DNA of 64,000 nucleotides from assembly GCA_965237955.1 (NCBI GenBank), contig OZ250169.1, positions 160,001-224,000 on the forward strand. The letters are read 5' to 3'. Positions 61,546-64,000 of the stretch are shown here, in pieces (the first letter of the stretch is position 1; every line of letters begins with the position of its first letter). A program made the position numbers and the translations under genes. This stretch comes from Candidatus Marinacidobacterales bacterium (GTDB lineage: Bacteria > Acidobacteriota > Vicinamibacteria > Marinacidobacterales > SMYC01). The notes beneath the pieces were generated by a model that was given only the letters and a program-made list of their open reading frames with translations, was not told the origin of the DNA and made no database searches.

Positions 61546-64000
61546 GTGACTCGATTGAACGGATGGGCTCCGGCTAGCACGTCAGCGCGCCTTTTCGCGG
61601 CGACTCTCGCTGCCGTGGGATTTGTCCAGGTGCTTGGTGCTTACGAGGTGCGGATTGGAGCCTTCGACATACCAACCTTCTCGATCGGATGGCTTCTTCT
61701 CGCCAGCTCGGCGGCATTCTTCATGCTGCCGCGATCGACCGCACGCCTTCCAAGACGGCTCGGTTTGTGGACTCTCCTCTTCCTCTCCACCGGCTCGTCG
61801 CTCCTGTATTGGTGGGCGGACGTCTCCAAAGCGCCATCGCGGTTGGTAGCCGCGGTGCGCCGCGAGGCGCGAGCGGAGGACCGCCCGGACCGACAGATAT
61901 TGATCGATGAGATCAGCGTAGCGGACCGTCGTGCGTTGAGGACCCTGACCGGATTTCGTCGGCATGTCCGCTTGACGGTGGATGGGTTCGTTCATTTGCC
62001 GTCGACGGGCAGTTATCGATTCGAGATCCGATGCGACGACTATTGTGCGCTGACGATCGGAACGAGGCTCATCGGCCAGGGGAGCGCCGAGCTCATCGAT
62101 GCACGGCTCGAGGCAGGGACATATCCGTTCCGAGTGAGCTACCAACAGGGAAGCGGGCCCGCGTTAATTTCCCTGGAATGGAACCGGCCCCGGTTCGTCG
62201 AGCTCCTACCGATGCGAAAGCTCGTTTCTGGCCGACAAGAACTCCTTTCGCCCAATCGCTTGCGTGTGAGCGCCATCCATGTCGCCGCGCTCGTTCTCTT
62301 GTCCACGTGTTGGTGGATGTTCTTTGCTGTGGGGCTCGCACGAGCCGCGGAGTCCCGCCAAGCGTTGTACCGTCGGCTCGCGCTCGGATGGGATCGACTG
62401 AACGACGATCTGCCTCCGGACAGCAAGCCCTCGGGCACAATATCTCCAGTCGACGGCGTTATCATCGGTGTATTCGTTCTGCTCGGCGTGCTGTTTCAGT
62501 TCGCACATATCAGCAGCCGTCCTCCTCACGTGATTCTGAATAGTGACGCGGGCAACATCGCCACGTTCGCCGCGGCGCGTGATCACCCGGAACTCTTCGA
62601 AGGCGATGGGTTGCTGGGCAATCGCGACCATTTTGGGTGGTATCCGACGATTCACGTTCCCTTGATCAGGGCATTGGCTCCCATCACCGGTGACTACGGG
62701 ACGGCGCTCATGTCACTGCTCGGTCTTCACGCGCTTCTCCTCGGTGTGGGATTCTATGTGCTCGGCAGAGCCGTTTTCGCGAGTCGCTACTGGGCCTTTC
62801 TGCTCGCGCTCGCTGCCCTTATGTTGGTCAAGCTCAACTTGGGCGAGTTCTGGGGTCTCTACAAATCCCCCATTCCGCGAACAACGTTCCAGGCGTTGCT
62901 CCCGTTCGTCGCCGCTTGTGCTTACCAGTGGCGTGCGATGCCGGGTCGGTGGCCGTTGATAATGATCGCGGCCGGTTTGCTCATTTACGTTCACCCGGTC
63001 AGCGCTCCGGCCTGGGGCTTGGCGTTGTGGTTGGGATTTCTCGTGTTCGTACCCGGTCGATGGCGTGTCGTGCCGTCCGTTTTGGTGATGCTCGCGCTCG
63101 GCGGGTTGTTCCTGGCAGTCACGGTTCCATTCCTGTGGCACTATCTTACCTTTCAGGAGATGGGACCGAGCGCGTCGTACGCTGAGGTCCATCGGATCAT
63201 AGAGGCTCGATTCTTGCCCGGTTACGTGGATTTGGGACAGGCACTCCAAGACTTTGCCCGTGAATGGGCCTCGATTCCGGGGCGATGGATCGCGTGGCTG
63301 TGGGCGTCCCTGGGGGTGGTGCTGCTGCTAACGCTACGCCGCCGCGACAAAGCAAGCGTCTTGGTGCCGCTTCTCTGGCTCGTCGGCGTCGTGATTACCT
63401 CGGTCGTGTTGCCGCTGATCGACCACACGATTGCGCGAGCTCATCAATCGTTTCCAGCTCAATACGATCTCATACGTGGGATTCGCTACCTCGTTCCCTT
63501 CTTGTTGCTGTTCTCGCTCTGGCCTCTCGCCGAGATGACCCGGCGGTTCCGTGCCATTGGATACCGAATCGGATCTAGCTCGACGATGATCCTGGGAGGC
63601 GTGCTCGTCGCTATATGGTCCTACTGGCACCCGCCGGTCTCGCCGACTCGACTTTTCTCTTGCTGGAGCACCGGCCGACTGGCTTGCAAGTGGATCCCGG
63701 CCCCCGCAGCCGACGCTCTGCGGGCCATTCGCGAGCGCGTTCCTCCCGGTGCGCCGATTCTTGCAACCGACTTGGAGCTTTCCATCCGCTACGCATCGCT
63801 GCGTCCAGTCGTTTGGAGTTACAAGGACGGGGGGCTACTCATCTATGTCAACCATGACGAGTTGATCGAATGGAATGCTCGAAAGCGGGAATTCTCCATC
63901 GCATTGCTGACCGAGGACTCCGGCATCCGACTACAGCGTCTGGCTGCTCTAGGAGAGAAAACCGGCGCACGATTTCTTTTCCTCCGAGCCGGCCTCATTG
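61546..64000 (+). CDS. Multi-TM membrane protein with PA14-like domain (GT-C-like), running off the window
   Basis: Open frame from GTG 61546, absent from the ORF track because it has no stop. GFVHLPSTGSYRFEIRCDD...YQQGSGPA..LEW PA14 pattern followed by many hydrophobic helices. Confidence 0.75.
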   Translation, partial: MTRLNGWAPASTSARLFAATLAAVGFVQVLGAYEVRIGAFDIPTFSIGWLLLASSAAFFMLPRSTARLPRRLGLWTLLFLSTGSSLLYWWADVSKAPSRLVAAVRREARAEDRPDRQILIDEISVADRRALRTLTGFRRHVRLTVDGFVHLPSTGSYRFEIRCDDYCALTIGTRLIGQGSAELIDARLEAGTYPFRVSYQQGSGPALISLEWNRPRFVELLPMRKLVSGRQELLSPNRLRVSAIHVAALVLLSTCWWMFFAVGLARAAESRQALYRRLALGWDRLNDDLPPDSKPSGTISPVDGVIIGVFVLLGVLFQFAHISSRPPHVILNSDAGNIATFAAARDHPELFEGDGLLGNRDHFGWYPTIHVPLIRALAPITGDYGTALMSLLGLHALLLGVGFYVLGRAVFASRYWAFLLALAALMLVKLNLGEFWGLYKSPIPRTTFQALLPFVAACAYQWRAMPGRWPLIMIAAGLLIYVHPVSAPAWGLALWLGFLVFVPGRWRVVPSVLVMLALGGLFLAVTVPFLWHYLTFQEMGPSASYAEVHRIIEARFLPGYVDLGQALQDFAREWASIPGRWIAWLWASLGVVLLLTLRRRDKASVLVPLLWLVGVVITSVVLPLIDHTIARAHQSFPAQYDLIRGIRYLVPFLLLFSLWPLAEMTRRFRAIGYRIGSSSTMILGGVLVAIWSYWHPPVSPTRLFSCWSTGRLACKWIPAPAADALRAIRERVPPGAPILATDLELSIRYASLRPVVWSYKDGGLLIYVNHDELIEWNARKREFSIALLTEDSGIRLQRLAALGEKTGARFLFLRAGLI

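Noticed and set aside
61582-63857. Many short ORFs on both strands
   Set aside because: They are shadows of the long plus-strand frame starting at 61546.

Overview
GC-rich bacterial accessory region: a defence island heavily broken up by mobile elements. It opens with the trailer end of a type I-G (I-U)-like CRISPR array (21 full identical 36-bp repeats), cut off by an IS end exactly one spacer length after the last repeat. The best candidate for an undescribed system is a translationally coupled three-gene operon (4636-8020, minus strand): a beta-class SPPY DNA methyltransferase, a PtuA-like ABC ATPase with an extra ~215-aa N-terminal domain, and a PtuB-like HNH nuclease. Other defence genes are a fused REase-MTase plus S subunit followed by a HEPN-like gene, a TIGR02391 HEPN protein and a truncated stand-alone cas5. 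Features the ORF track misses include an ArsC-like UxxC selenoprotein with a SECIS-like hairpin, an internally deleted group II intron inside an IS6, several MITEs, and a PA14/multi-TM gene running off the right edge. Cargo genes include an M12-like metallopeptidase, an S41 peptidase, a VPS10/BNR protein, a Sel1 protein, an alpha-carbonic anhydrase, an outer-membrane beta-barrel and a GT4 glycosyltransferase. They lie among IS481-like, IS3, IS5, IS6, IS21, IS110, IS200, IS256, ISAzo13, ISNCY and RIT elements or remnants. All family assignments come from motif recognition by eye, not database searches, and fragment boundaries are approximate.
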